This document shows positions 47,745-57,225 of a stretch of DNA of 64,000 nucleotides, piece by piece. A program made the position numbers and the translations under genes. Below the pieces are notes generated by a model that was given only the letters and a program-made list of their open reading frames with translations, made no database searches and was not told the origin of the DNA. Where the stretch lies: positions 256,001 to 320,000 of the forward strand of contig OY764265.1 in NCBI GenBank assembly GCA_963668355.1, given 5' to 3'. The first letter of the stretch is position 1, and every line of letters begins with the position of its first letter. The DNA is from Bdellovibrionota bacterium. GTDB lineage: Bacteria > Bdellovibrionota_G > JALEGL01 > DATDPG01.

Positions 47745-48521
47745 TCATCCTAAAGGGGAATATTCCTTATAAGCCTGTTCCTCGATCCAGTACCCTTGAT
47801 ACCGGTAATGTCGATAGAGCCCGGTCTCATACTCCCGAGTCGGAAGAGTCTTTTCCAACCATTCCGGTGACTGCTTGACGGTTTCGCGGGGTAAGTTCAC
47901 GAAGACTTTCGACTCGTTCCAACTCACGCGCTCGATCCACTTCGGCGAAACCAGAACCTTTTTTCCTGTCCACCAGGCTCCGGTGTCGATAATCAAGTAA
48001 CGAATCGCCCACGTCTCGTCGTCCACGATAAAATCCTCCACGTGGCCAATCTCCCCGTCTTTGGCTTGGATGTGATAACCGGTCACTTTTTGAGTACTGC
48101 GCAAATGAGCGTCCCACGGTTTTTCCCCTGGCGTGGACATTCTCCGTTTTTCAGGATCCCGAACCGGATGAGGGTGGGAGCCCCACATATGCGGACCGCC
48201 CCAATACATTGGCAACCCATAATACCCATAGTACGTATTCTCGAATTGCCTGGAGACGGGCTTGTCCGTGTCCAAGGATGGACTTTCTTCGATCTGTTTT
48301 TGGGTCAAGTCGACCGTGATTTGTTCAGCTTCGCTATCAATGGCCACCATCGAATACGGAGAAATCAGAACTTGCCTCCCCGTCAGCCAGTTTCCGGTAT
48401 CGGCGACCAGATAACGAATGGCCCAGTGTCGGTCGTCGAAGTAGAATTCTTTGACCTTACCGATCTCCCCGTCCCGGCTGTTTAGTGTGTAACCTCTTAG
48501 TAGTTTTGCTTTGCTTAACAT
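47745..48521 (-). CDS. PRC-barrel domain protein (two repeats)
   Basis: DGEIGKVKEFYFDD.HWAIRYLV.DTG and DGEIGHVEDFIVDD..WAIRYL repeats. Confidence 0.9.
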   Translation of the reverse strand: MLSKAKLLRGYTLNSRDGEIGKVKEFYFDDRHWAIRYLVADTGNWLTGRQVLISPYSMVAIDSEAEQITVDLTQKQIEESPSLDTDKPVSRQFENTYYGYYGLPMYWGGPHMWGSHPHPVRDPEKRRMSTPGEKPWDAHLRSTQKVTGYHIQAKDGEIGHVEDFIVDDETWAIRYLIIDTGAWWTGKKVLVSPKWIERVSWNESKVFVNLPRETVKQSPEWLEKTLPTREYETGLYRHYRYQGYWIEEQAYKEYSPLG

Positions 48522-48658
48522 TGGTTCTCCTTTGGAAGGTTGTTATGTTTTTACTTGTGAAGCGTGGCCTAACGAATGAACGCGCTGAAACGCGCTTCCA
48601 TCTTTCTTCGGGTGGGTTCCCAAAAGCAGGAGATAAACCGCTCGTTGGGGCGTTCTCG

Positions 48659-51205
48659 TCATCGCTGCCATAGAATTCGCCCTTCTTCCAGTGGGATCGC
48701 AACGCCCTTGCTGTGGGGAATCACGCGCACTGTATAGTCGGTTGAAGGTCGAGCCGCGGATACAGACATGCGGTATACGTGGCTGCCCGAAGTGTCGGCC
48801 TGTTGACGAACGTGGTCCATCTCATGGCGTACGGGGGGAGCACCCATGTCACCGTCGGCATAGAGCTCTACCCGCACCGCATTGGGGTCGAGATCATGAA
48901 GATCAATTTGGACCTCAAAAACGTGTTGTTCCTTGTGAGTCTCAACCTTCACTTCGCGAAACTGCAGCGCACTCCATTTCTGTTCTAGATTGTGCTGCCA
49001 ATCGAGCATTTGCCTGCCGATTTGTCCGTTCTCGGCCATACGCAAACGGTAGGCGGCAGCGGCTGGCAGATAGTATCGATCCGTGTATTCGCGCACGGTG
49101 CGGTCCGCAGAAAAGCGCGGAGTCAACTGAGCCATGCTTTCCCGCATGCGTTTCATCCATGCGATGGGAATGCCATTCTTGTCTCGGGAATAGAATTCGG
49201 GAATCACTTCATGTTCGAGCAGGTCATAGAGCGCGGCCGCTTCGGCCGCATCCCATTCGGGATCGTCGCCATGCTCTTGGCCGTCCCCCAACGCCCAACC
49301 CACTTCTGGTGTGTAGGCTTCTGCCCACCAACCGTCCAATTCCGAGAGGTTGAGGCCTCCGTTGACGAGTACCTTCATTCCGCTTGTTCCGCTCGCCTCC
49401 CAGGGTCTTCGTGGTGTGTTGATCCAAACGTCCACTCCCCGCACCAGTTGCTCCGTCAACCGCATGTCATAGTCGTTCAGAAAGGCGATATGGGGTCGGA
49501 CCTCCGGGCGGCGAATGAACTGAATCCATGCTTGGATCAACGCTTGCCCCGGCCGGTCCTCCGGATGAGCTTTGCCGGCGATCATGAGTTGCACCGGACG
49601 ATCGGGATTTGCCAAGATACGCAGCAAACGCGCCGGATCGTGCAGCAGTAAGTTGGGTCTCTTGTAGCTTGCAAAGCGGCGGGCAAAGCCCAGGGTTAGA
49701 GCTTGGGGATTGAACAAATTTTTCGCCAGATCAATCTCCTCGGAAGACGCGCCGCAAGAGGTGAGCTGCCGTGACAATCGTTGGCGGGCGTATGTAACCA
49801 GAGACTTGCTGGCGGCGACACGAAACTGCCAGAGTCTGGTGTCGGAAACCTGCCGAATGTCCTGTTCCAAAGTTTCATTCGTCCCCAGCCAGCGGTCCTT
49901 GCCGGCGGCTTCCGTCCAAAGATCGTCAGCGGGAGCCGAATCCCAGGTCGGCATGTGGACACCATTGGTCACATGCCCGATAGGAATCTCTTCCTTGGGC
50001 CAGTGAGGAAAGAGCGGTTCGAAAATATGTCGGCTTACTTGGCCGTGCAAACGACTCACGCCGTTGACCGCACCGCTGCCGCGCACGGCAAGATAGGCCA
50101 TGTTGAAACTCTCCGATGAGTCATTCGGGTTCTGCCGTCCCAGGGCCAGCAAATCATGAATGGTGATGCCAAGCTTTTCTTGAGCGTAGCGACCCAGGTA
50201 TTGCTCAATCAGAGCCGGAGCGAAAAGGTCAAAACCCGCCTTTACCGCCGTGTGGGTTGTGAAAAGATTTCCCGCTCGGGTGACAGCCAGCGCAACATCA
50301 AAGGCCTGCTGCGCTTCTTCCATAAAACTCCGAGCCCTTTCCAACACGGCAAAGGCCGCATGACCTTCGTTTAAATGACAGACTTCCGGTTGGATGCCCA
50401 ACGCACGCAGCAGTCGCCATCCGCCGATCCCGAGGAGCAGTTCCTGCTTGAGACGCAGCTCCGACCCTCCGCCATAAAGTTCGCTGGTAATTCCTCGATG
50501 AGTAGGAAAGTTCGCCGCGTCGTTGCTGTCCAGGAGGTAAAGCTTCACCCGACCCACCTGTACCTGCCAGGCACGAAGCCAGACCGCGTAACCGGGCAGG
50601 TCGATTTTAAGTCGCAACCATTCGCCATTCGCCTGCCGCAACGGTGTGATTGGTAACTGTCCAGGGTCGTTATAGGGATAGAGCGCCTGTTGCGCTCCGT
50701 TCTTGTCGATGACCTGGCGAAAATAACCTTGCTGGTAGAGAAGTCCCACGCCGACCACCGGCACACCCAAATCGCCGGCAGCTTTGAGCTGATCGCCGGC
50801 TACGTTGCCCAACCCTCCCGAGTAGATGGGTAAAGCTTCACTCAACATGAACTCCATACTGAAATAGGCGACACAGGTGAGGGGACTCCGGGAATGCTTT
50901 CGTTGAAACCACGCGGGCGCCTCCACGGCCTTCCGCCGGTTCTGCACCAGGTCATCAACTTTTTTATGAAAAACGGGATCAGCCATGACACGCTCAATCC
51001 GTTCGCGCGAGACCGTTTGAAGAACGACCCAGGGGTTATGCGTGATTTCCCATAACTCGGAATCAAGTTCTCGCCACACATGATCGGTGGCATGATTCCA
51101 TGTGGAGCGCATGTCCAAAGCCAGCTCGGCCAGGGAGTCGAACCCCTCAATCTCCGTGGGAAGAACATTATATAGAGGATGGTCGGCACGGGTCTGTTTG
51201 TTCAC
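48659..51205 (-). CDS. glgP: Alpha-glucan (glycogen) phosphorylase
   Basis: YSGGLG, HLNEGH, FARRFASYKR and EASGTSGMK (PLP lysine) motifs. Confidence 0.96.
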   Translation of the reverse strand: MNKQTRADHPLYNVLPTEIEGFDSLAELALDMRSTWNHATDHVWRELDSELWEITHNPWVVLQTVSRERIERVMADPVFHKKVDDLVQNRRKAVEAPAWFQRKHSRSPLTCVAYFSMEFMLSEALPIYSGGLGNVAGDQLKAAGDLGVPVVGVGLLYQQGYFRQVIDKNGAQQALYPYNDPGQLPITPLRQANGEWLRLKIDLPGYAVWLRAWQVQVGRVKLYLLDSNDAANFPTHRGITSELYGGGSELRLKQELLLGIGGWRLLRALGIQPEVCHLNEGHAAFAVLERARSFMEEAQQAFDVALAVTRAGNLFTTHTAVKAGFDLFAPALIEQYLGRYAQEKLGITIHDLLALGRQNPNDSSESFNMAYLAVRGSGAVNGVSRLHGQVSRHIFEPLFPHWPKEEIPIGHVTNGVHMPTWDSAPADDLWTEAAGKDRWLGTNETLEQDIRQVSDTRLWQFRVAASKSLVTYARQRLSRQLTSCGASSEEIDLAKNLFNPQALTLGFARRFASYKRPNLLLHDPARLLRILANPDRPVQLMIAGKAHPEDRPGQALIQAWIQFIRRPEVRPHIAFLNDYDMRLTEQLVRGVDVWINTPRRPWEASGTSGMKVLVNGGLNLSELDGWWAEAYTPEVGWALGDGQEHGDDPEWDAAEAAALYDLLEHEVIPEFYSRDKNGIPIAWMKRMRESMAQLTPRFSADRTVREYTDRYYLPAAAAYRLRMAENGQIGRQMLDWQHNLEQKWSALQFREVKVETHKEQHVFEVQIDLHDLDPNAVRVELYADGDMGAPPVRHEMDHVRQQADTSGSHVYRMSVSAARPSTDYTVRVIPHSKGVAIPLEEGRILWQR

Positions 51206-52878
51206 GATTTCTCCCTTACGAATGTCTTGGACTCAATACTCTCCAGGGCATGACTGACGACAGTCTGAGCTTCCGCCACGATGCGACGAAGATGATCGGC
51301 ACCCAGAAAGCTCTCCGCATAGATCTTGTAGATGTCTTCTGTCCCGGACGGACGGGCCGCAAACCATCCGTTTTCGGTCATGACTTTGAGCCCGCCGATC
51401 GGAGCGTCGTTTCCAGGTGCGCGGGTGAAACACGCTTGAATCTTTTCACCGGCTAAGTCGGTGAGCTTCACCTGATCCGGCGAGAGATTCTTCAACAACT
51501 CCTTTTGTCCTGGCGTGGCTGGCGCTTCGACGCGGTCATAAAACGGCTCCCCGAACTCGTGCGTGAGTTCGCGATACAGTTGACCGGGGTCTCGATCCAT
51601 CCGCGCCGTGATTTCGCCGGCGAGCAAGGCCGGGACGATTCCGTCTTTGTCGGTGGTCCAGACACTGCCGTCCATACGCAGGAAAGAGGCTCCCGCACTC
51701 TCTTCGCCTCCGAAGCCAAGCGAGCCATCGAGTAAACCGTCGACAAACCACTTAAACCCGACCGGCGTCTCATAGAGTTTTCGACCCACCTTGGCGGTGA
51801 CACGATCGATCATCTGGCTGCTCACCAACGTCTTGCCCACGGCAGCCTCCCTGGACCAGTTAGGTCGGTGTTGAAAGAGATAGAAGATGGCCACCGAAAG
51901 GTAGTGATTGGGAGGAAGTAGTCCGGTGCTAGGGGTGACAATGCCGTGCCGATCGTGGTCGGTATCGCAAGCAAAGCCGATGTCGAAACGGTCCTTCAGT
52001 TCGATGAATTTTTGCATGGCGTAGGGTGATGATGGATCCATGCGGATCTGGCCGTCCCAATCCACCGTCATAAAACGGAACGTCGGGTCGACGGTCTCGT
52101 TCACGATCGTGAGGTTCAACCCGTAGCGTTCGGCAATCGGTTCCCAGTAGTGGATCCCGGCGCCGCCGAGTGGATCGACCCCCAGGTTGCTCTTCGCGGC
52201 GCGAATGATGCCCATGTCAATTACATTTCCAAGGTCGTTGACATAGGCATTGAGATAATCGTGCCGGTGCGTCGTAGGGGCGCGGAGGGCTCTTTCGTAG
52301 GGAATTCTCTTCAAGCCCGGAAGGTCATTTTCAAGAAACTCGTTGGCCTTGGTTTCAATCCACCCGGTGATGCCCGATTCTGCCGGCCCGCCGTTGGGGG
52401 GATTGTATTTGAACCCGCCGTCATGGGGCGGGTTGTGTGACGGCGTGATGACAATCCCGTCGGCAAAGCCCGACGTGCGTCGGCGATTGTACGTGAGAAT
52501 CGCGTGGGAAATGACAGGCGTTGGCGTGTATTCATCTCCCTTCGCGAGCATGACTTCCACGCCGTTTGCCGCCAGAACCTCGAGCGCGGTGGCCAGAGCC
52601 GGCACGGAAAGAGCATGCGTGTCCATGCCGAGAAACAGTGGGCCACCAATATTCTTCTGCTTCCGGTAGAGGCAAATGGCCTGACTGATGGCCAGGACAT
52701 GTTGTTCGTTGAAGGCCTTTTCAAACGCGCAACCGCGGTGGCCCGAGGTGCCGAAGGCCACCCGTTGTTCGGGGACGAAGGGATTCGGTACTTCCGTATA
52801 ATAAGCCGTAACCAGTTTCGGTACGTCTACCAGCATCGATGCTTCGGCCGACTTTCCTGCATAGGGGCTTACGGTCAT
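51202..52878 (-). CDS. pgm: Phosphoglucomutase
   Basis: FGTSGHRG, TPSHNPP, DTDHDRH and RPSGTE motifs. Confidence 0.97.
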   Translation of the reverse strand: MTVSPYAGKSAEASMLVDVPKLVTAYYTEVPNPFVPEQRVAFGTSGHRGCAFEKAFNEQHVLAISQAICLYRKQKNIGGPLFLGMDTHALSVPALATALEVLAANGVEVMLAKGDEYTPTPVISHAILTYNRRRTSGFADGIVITPSHNPPHDGGFKYNPPNGGPAESGITGWIETKANEFLENDLPGLKRIPYERALRAPTTHRHDYLNAYVNDLGNVIDMGIIRAAKSNLGVDPLGGAGIHYWEPIAERYGLNLTIVNETVDPTFRFMTVDWDGQIRMDPSSPYAMQKFIELKDRFDIGFACDTDHDRHGIVTPSTGLLPPNHYLSVAIFYLFQHRPNWSREAAVGKTLVSSQMIDRVTAKVGRKLYETPVGFKWFVDGLLDGSLGFGGEESAGASFLRMDGSVWTTDKDGIVPALLAGEITARMDRDPGQLYRELTHEFGEPFYDRVEAPATPGQKELLKNLSPDQVKLTDLAGEKIQACFTRAPGNDAPIGGLKVMTENGWFAARPSGTEDIYKIYAESFLGADHLRRIVAEAQTVVSHALESIESKTFVREKS

Positions 52879-53570
52879 ACTTGTTCCTTGGGAGCCGTGC
52901 GATGGAGCAATGCCTCTCGTTCGAAATGAACAAGATCACCGATGTGCTCAATCGAAATATCAGCGCGCGGAAATGTGGTCACCACCTTGCGGTCGAGAGC
53001 ATAATGTCCCTGGCGGGGCCAAACCGTGGTTAACCTCTCGCCCCAAAATTCCTTCATGGCTGTGAGGATTCGAAGTTTATCGTCAACCATCACGTAATGG
53101 CTCGCTGGATAGCGCTTTTCGATTTCATCGAGCATCTGCTCTTTATGAATGTAAATCAGCACACGGCCCTCAACTGCGTCCCAGAGTCCCGATCGTTGAA
53201 CCTTCCGCGGCTGGAAGACGGCGTCGCCATCGGTAAGAATGACCGTCGGTCCCCAGAGCCCAGCGCGCGTAAGAACTTTGAAAGCATCAGGGTATAAACG
53301 GTCCGCAAAGGGGTAATCCATCAGATACGAAGACATGGTCAAGAGTCGCGGGTCGAACCGTTCTTCGAGGCGGTAGCGCTGCAGAGTTCCCAGATGGTCC
53401 GAGTACCCACACTCAGCGTGCAACTCTTCAAAAATGGCCCAGTACCGTTCTTGAACGTCAGCCCCGAACTCATGCTCAAGATGGCTCTTAAGATCATTCT
53501 GTACGACATCGTTGTCGAGCAACGTGTTGTCAACATCGAAAAGAAATACCATGTTTTCCTTTGCCATCAT
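52875..53570 (-). CDS. HAD family hydrolase
   Basis: FLFDVDNTLLD, LTDGD, FQPRK and MVDDK motifs. Confidence 0.88.
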   Translation of the reverse strand: MMAKENMVFLFDVDNTLLDNDVVQNDLKSHLEHEFGADVQERYWAIFEELHAECGYSDHLGTLQRYRLEERFDPRLLTMSSYLMDYPFADRLYPDAFKVLTRAGLWGPTVILTDGDAVFQPRKVQRSGLWDAVEGRVLIYIHKEQMLDEIEKRYPASHYVMVDDKLRILTAMKEFWGERLTTVWPRQGHYALDRKVVTTFPRADISIEHIGDLVHFEREALLHRTAPKEQV

Positions 53571-53581
53571 CCCAGAACTCG

Positions 53582-53611
53582 GGGGAGTGGAGCGGGGGGG
53601 CTCCACTCCCC
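53582..53611. repeat. GC-rich hairpin repeat copy 1
   Basis: GGGGAGTGGAGC-GGGGGG-GCTCCACTCCCC; same stem as 59229-59256. Confidence 0.75.
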
Positions 53612-53706
53612 AAAGCACAAAACTATTGTTTCGTGCTCATTTCGGGCGAAAGGACAGGCGCTCCATTTCTTGAATCCAGCCAATGTATATCTTGGTACCC
53701 CACCGT

Positions 53707-53749
53707 CGACGATAAGGAAGTTTCTTCGTATATCATCGGAAAAAGTGAC
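53707..53749 (-). promoter_or_regulatory. Island LysR-type motif copy C (HAD-pgm-glgP-PRC operon)
   Basis: cgacgataaggaagt-N13-atcggaaaaagtgac. Confidence 0.75.
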
Positions 53750-53807
53750 ATATCGAGAGGACCGGGCCTAGTGGCTTCACGGTCCTCCTGAGGTTGATAT
53801 GGCCTGT

Positions 53808-54257
53808 CTATGAGACTTTGACCTCAATCGCCTTGGGCTTGGCTTTTTCGCTCTTCATGAGCCGAACATTCAATACACCATCCTTGAACTCGGCTCGGAC
53901 GTTACCTTCTTCTACATTTTCCGGCATCGTGAAGGTTCGAAGGAAGGATCCGTACAAACGCTCGACGCGATGAAACTTCTTCCCCTTCTCTTCCTTTTCC
54001 TGATTCCGCTCGCCCTGAATCCGAAGGATTCCGTTATCCACCGAAACTTTGACATCATCCTTTTTCACCTCCGGTATCTCCACTTTGAGAATGTATTCCT
54101 CCGGGTTCTCGATAATATCAACGGTCGGCGTCCAATCCGGAGCGGTAAGCATTTCTTTACCTGTTTCCGCACGAACCACGGGTCGACCAAAGGCTCGATT
54201 TAGGCGATCGTTCATTTCTTCCAATTCATGATATGGATTCCAACGAGTTAATTGCAT
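53808..54257 (-). CDS. Hsp20/alpha-crystallin small heat-shock protein (copy 2)
   Basis: PTVDIIE, HRVERLYGSFLRTF, FKDGVLNV and IEVKV (IxI/V) motifs. Confidence 0.95.
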   Translation of the reverse strand: MQLTRWNPYHELEEMNDRLNRAFGRPVVRAETGKEMLTAPDWTPTVDIIENPEEYILKVEIPEVKKDDVKVSVDNGILRIQGERNQEKEEKGKKFHRVERLYGSFLRTFTMPENVEEGNVRAEFKDGVLNVRLMKSEKAKPKAIEVKVS

Positions 54258-54354
54258 GACGGTTCTCTTTCCTGGGCAGCTCTGTAGGAAATGAACGACC
54301 TTGGGAAGCTGCGCCTTGGCCCAGGGCCGTTCATCTTACGAGTTACGCTGTAGA

Positions 54355-54555
54355 TTATTTGGATTTGTTTGGCGTTTTTGTAACGTCGCGTTCCGCCGCG
54401 AACCAGTCCTCTTGCTCATGGCCGGATCCAAAGCCGCGCTTTTCCGCCTTGTAATAGGCATCTTTTGCCACCTTGGCGTGGCAGTCTGTATGGGTCTGAC
54501 AGTCTTTTTCGTGTGGCTGCTTTGTTTTTGAGCCAGTCTTTGGTTTTGTTTTCAT
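54355..54555 (-). CDS. DUF2934 family small protein (copy 1)
   Basis: AYYKAEKRGF..GHEQEDWFAAE signature. Confidence 0.82.
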   Translation of the reverse strand: MKTKPKTGSKTKQPHEKDCQTHTDCHAKVAKDAYYKAEKRGFGSGHEQEDWFAAERDVTKTPNKSK

Positions 54556-54662
54556 GGGCTATTTCTCCTTTTGAATACGTATTTCATTCAATTTAAACAT
54601 TTGTTCTCGAAATTGTTTCGCCATAGTCGAGGAAGCCTCTATTTACAGGCAACCTCAACCAC

Positions 54663-54705
54663 CAACTATGAGGAAGTTTCATCGTATAGCGTCGGAAAAT
54701 ACGAC
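54663..54705 (-). promoter_or_regulatory. Island LysR-type motif copy D (DUF2934-hsp20)
   Basis: caactatgaggaagt-N13-gtcggaaaatacgac. Confidence 0.78.
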
Positions 54706-54835
54706 GTATAGAACGCCGATCACGGAGTTACAGCTCATCTCGAGAGTACTTGAGAAAAGGCATAATTGAAGGCCTTGATATCGCTTTCGGACATCTCGAG
54801 GCTATAGCTTCGTGAAACAAGATCAACTCCAACCT

Positions 54836-54878
54836 ATCGCTTTTTACGACCCTACGCGTTTGAATTTCCAAATAGTCA
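54836..54878 (+). promoter_or_regulatory. Island LysR-type motif copy K (coiled-coil/lmo0937 operon 2)
   Basis: Reverse complement reads tgactatttggaaat-N13-gtcgtaaaaagcgat. Confidence 0.68.
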
Positions 54879-54956
54879 ATAGACCCCTGGGACACGTAAA
54901 AGGAAACCTGACGATTGCTGTCTTATGAGACTTGTAGAAGAAAGTAGGAGTACGTT

Positions 54957-55238
54957 ATGGAAAACAAAAAAGAACACATTGGAAACATGGAAAAGAAACT
55001 CACACAATGGGGTAAAACGCTCGATGAACTCACGGCCAAGGCTGAGAAAGCCGGCGGTGATGCGAAGAGTGATTACCGCAAGGGAGTCGACGATCTAAAA
55101 GCGAAATACAAATTCACTCAAACCAAACTTGCGAAATTTAAAACCGGAAGCAGCGAAAACTGGGACACGTTCAAGACCGGGATTGAAAATGCCTGGGATG
55201 AGCTTGAAGAGACGTTCAAGAAGCTTACGAATCAGTAG
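54957..55238 (+). CDS. Small coiled-coil protein (copy 2)
   Basis: Near-identical paralogue of 20990-21271. Confidence 0.82.
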   Translation: MENKKEHIGNMEKKLTQWGKTLDELTAKAEKAGGDAKSDYRKGVDDLKAKYKFTQTKLAKFKTGSSENWDTFKTGIENAWDELEETFKKLTNQ

Positions 55239-55252
55239 GGAGGAAGTGAATC

Positions 55253-55423
55253 ATGTTATGGACCCTTGCGATCCTCTTTATTCTAATTTGGGGGCTTGGC
55301 CTAGCCACCTCGTACACACTGGGTGTTTACCTTCACGTGTTGGTCGGACTGACGGTCGTGCTACTCCTACTTCGGATCATTCGGGGTGGTCGCCGCGAGG
55401 AAAAACCAAAAGTCTGTCCCTAA
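55253..55423 (+). CDS. lmo0937 family small membrane protein (copy 2), absent from ORF track
   Basis: Own translation MLWTLAILFILIWGLGLATSYTLGVYLHVLVGLTVVLLLLRIIRG...; GGAGG RBS. Confidence 0.83.
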   Translation: MLWTLAILFILIWGLGLATSYTLGVYLHVLVGLTVVLLLLRIIRGGRREEKPKVCP

Positions 55424-55496
55424 GGTAAGCTCAGCTGTAGGCCGATGAAATCCGGATCCATGAGTATGGAAGTCGTCTTCATCACTGGTTTCGCTA

Positions 55497-56234
55497 GTGG
55501 CTATGACTAAGAAACGCAACCGGCTAAAGATGGCAACGGCTTCCTTTGTCTTTATTTTTGCGGCGCCGAATCTTGATTTTAAATCCGAGGACATCCGATC
55601 TAAGCTTCGTGAGGTACCGAACGCGACCAAACTGACCGAAATCGTCGACGCAAGAACGTTTGTGGTTGAGACGAAACCCAAATCGATGGTGGCTAGGCCG
55701 GTGGTTTTCGTCTACTTGTTGGATCATTTGGAGGAGTGTGCCACAGCGGGAAAAGCACTAGGCCTTTCCACCTATAAAGCTCGGCGGGAACCTGATCAAC
55801 GACTTTTTGGTGATGACGGTCATGGGGTCTCGGGTTACTTAACCATTGTTCGAGCCGGGAACGGAGAGAGAATCATTTTTTTACAGCAAGAAATCGATGG
55901 GGTACTTACGATCGGAGGGGAGGCGGTCATCCTGTTGACCTATCAACTCAAGGTTGGAGCCCTTTCTCCCACGGGTACCGAATATCGCTTGCGGGGTTGG
56001 ATTCGTCTCAATAATCCCATTCTGGCTTTTTTTAGTCGCATTTTTGCTGCCAGAGCCCGTCTCGTGGCGAAACGACAACTTATGCGGATGCTCGGAGTGC
56101 CTGTGGCGGTGGCCCAAGCCATTGAGAGCAATCCGGATGGAATCCTGGCAAGGCTGGAAGAGTCCTTCCCGGATGAAACCGCACCCGTGGGGCCTTTGAT
56201 CAACTTGATTCGCCGTGAATACGCAAAACCATGA
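55497..56234 (+). CDS. Hypothetical protein with N-terminal signal-like segment
   Basis: 245-aa ORF following the lmo0937 gene; no recognised motif. Confidence 0.6.
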   Translation: MAMTKKRNRLKMATASFVFIFAAPNLDFKSEDIRSKLREVPNATKLTEIVDARTFVVETKPKSMVARPVVFVYLLDHLEECATAGKALGLSTYKARREPDQRLFGDDGHGVSGYLTIVRAGNGERIIFLQQEIDGVLTIGGEAVILLTYQLKVGALSPTGTEYRLRGWIRLNNPILAFFSRIFAARARLVAKRQLMRMLGVPVAVAQAIESNPDGILARLEESFPDETAPVGPLINLIRREYAKP

Positions 56235-56284
56235 AACGTTCACCAGGTACATCCAACTTTGAATGCATCCAACAGGTGAACGGC

Positions 56285-56848
56285 TTAAGGCGTGGTTTTT
56301 TCGGCTGGGGCCTTGGAAGAAAGATCCTCCAAAATCGTCATTTGAAGTTCCTGAATTTCCAAAAGTCGTTGCCACTGATGAGATACCAATCGGTCGAGTT
56401 TGTCGTTGATCACGCCAACTTCAATTTCCGTTTTTAGGTTGATGCGATAGTCATTTTCGTCACGCTGGCGATCCCGCGCTTCCAATCGATTCTGGCTCAT
56501 CAAAATGATTGGGGCCTGTAGGGTGGCCAAGGCGGAAAGAATTAAATTCAAAAAGATATAAGGATAAGGATCGAAGGGGTGACGAAGAATCAGAAGAGAA
56601 TTAAGCAGAACCCATCCTAACAACACGCTGCCAAAAAGCATAAGGAAGGTCCAACTCCCTCCAAAACTGGCGACGTGATCGGCCAGACGCTCTCCAAGCT
56701 TTAGTTTTCCCTGAGATTTTTCTTCTGCATTCGACGCTGCAGTTTCTCGTTCATGCAAAGCTCGTGTCATTTCATGATTGAGTTCGGATAGTTCCTCCTT
56801 TTCTTTTCGAAGAATTTGGAGGAGTTGTTCGTTTTTGCTGGATGTCAT
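56285..56848 (-). CDS. DUF1003 family membrane protein
   Basis: GERLAD.VASFGGSWTF, FDPYPYIFLNL and APIILMSQNR motifs. Confidence 0.92.
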   Translation of the reverse strand: MTSSKNEQLLQILRKEKEELSELNHEMTRALHERETAASNAEEKSQGKLKLGERLADHVASFGGSWTFLMLFGSVLLGWVLLNSLLILRHPFDPYPYIFLNLILSALATLQAPIILMSQNRLEARDRQRDENDYRINLKTEIEVGVINDKLDRLVSHQWQRLLEIQELQMTILEDLSSKAPAEKTTP

Positions 56849-57204
56849 GATGGATTGGGCTCGGCAGGGCGATGAATTGCCCTATGATTTTTGCCATCGC
56901 GTTTTCGTCCTTGCGTGTTCTCGATCAATCTGGCCAGTTTGTCGAGGGCGCCGTCAATGGCATGATCCAGAGTTGTGGCCTGATGAGTTACCGCGATGGG
57001 TTGGCTCTTCTTGAGACGCGCTTCCATCATGCACCGCTTATCGTGCGAACCGATCTTGGGACCGTTTTCGTCACTGAGGTGAATCTCCACACGGGTGATG
57101 TGTTCGCTGAAGCGGCTCAGGGTGTTTTCGACGGTGTCATGGACATAAGTGCCCAGTGCCTCGGAAACATCGATACTATGGTCAGAATTGATTAAGACTT
57201 GCAT
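56845..57204 (-). CDS. HPF/RaiA family ribosome-associated protein (copy 2)
   Basis: Close paralogue of 24236-24604; ATGA-coupled to DUF1003. Confidence 0.9.
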   Translation of the reverse strand: MQVLINSDHSIDVSEALGTYVHDTVENTLSRFSEHITRVEIHLSDENGPKIGSHDKRCMMEARLKKSQPIAVTHQATTLDHAIDGALDKLARLIENTQGRKRDGKNHRAIHRPAEPNPS

Positions 57205-57225
57205 GGGGATCTCCTATCATGATCG

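Noticed and set aside
48691..49651. Long plus-strand ORFs of about 220 aa
   Set aside because: Shadows of GC-rich glgP.
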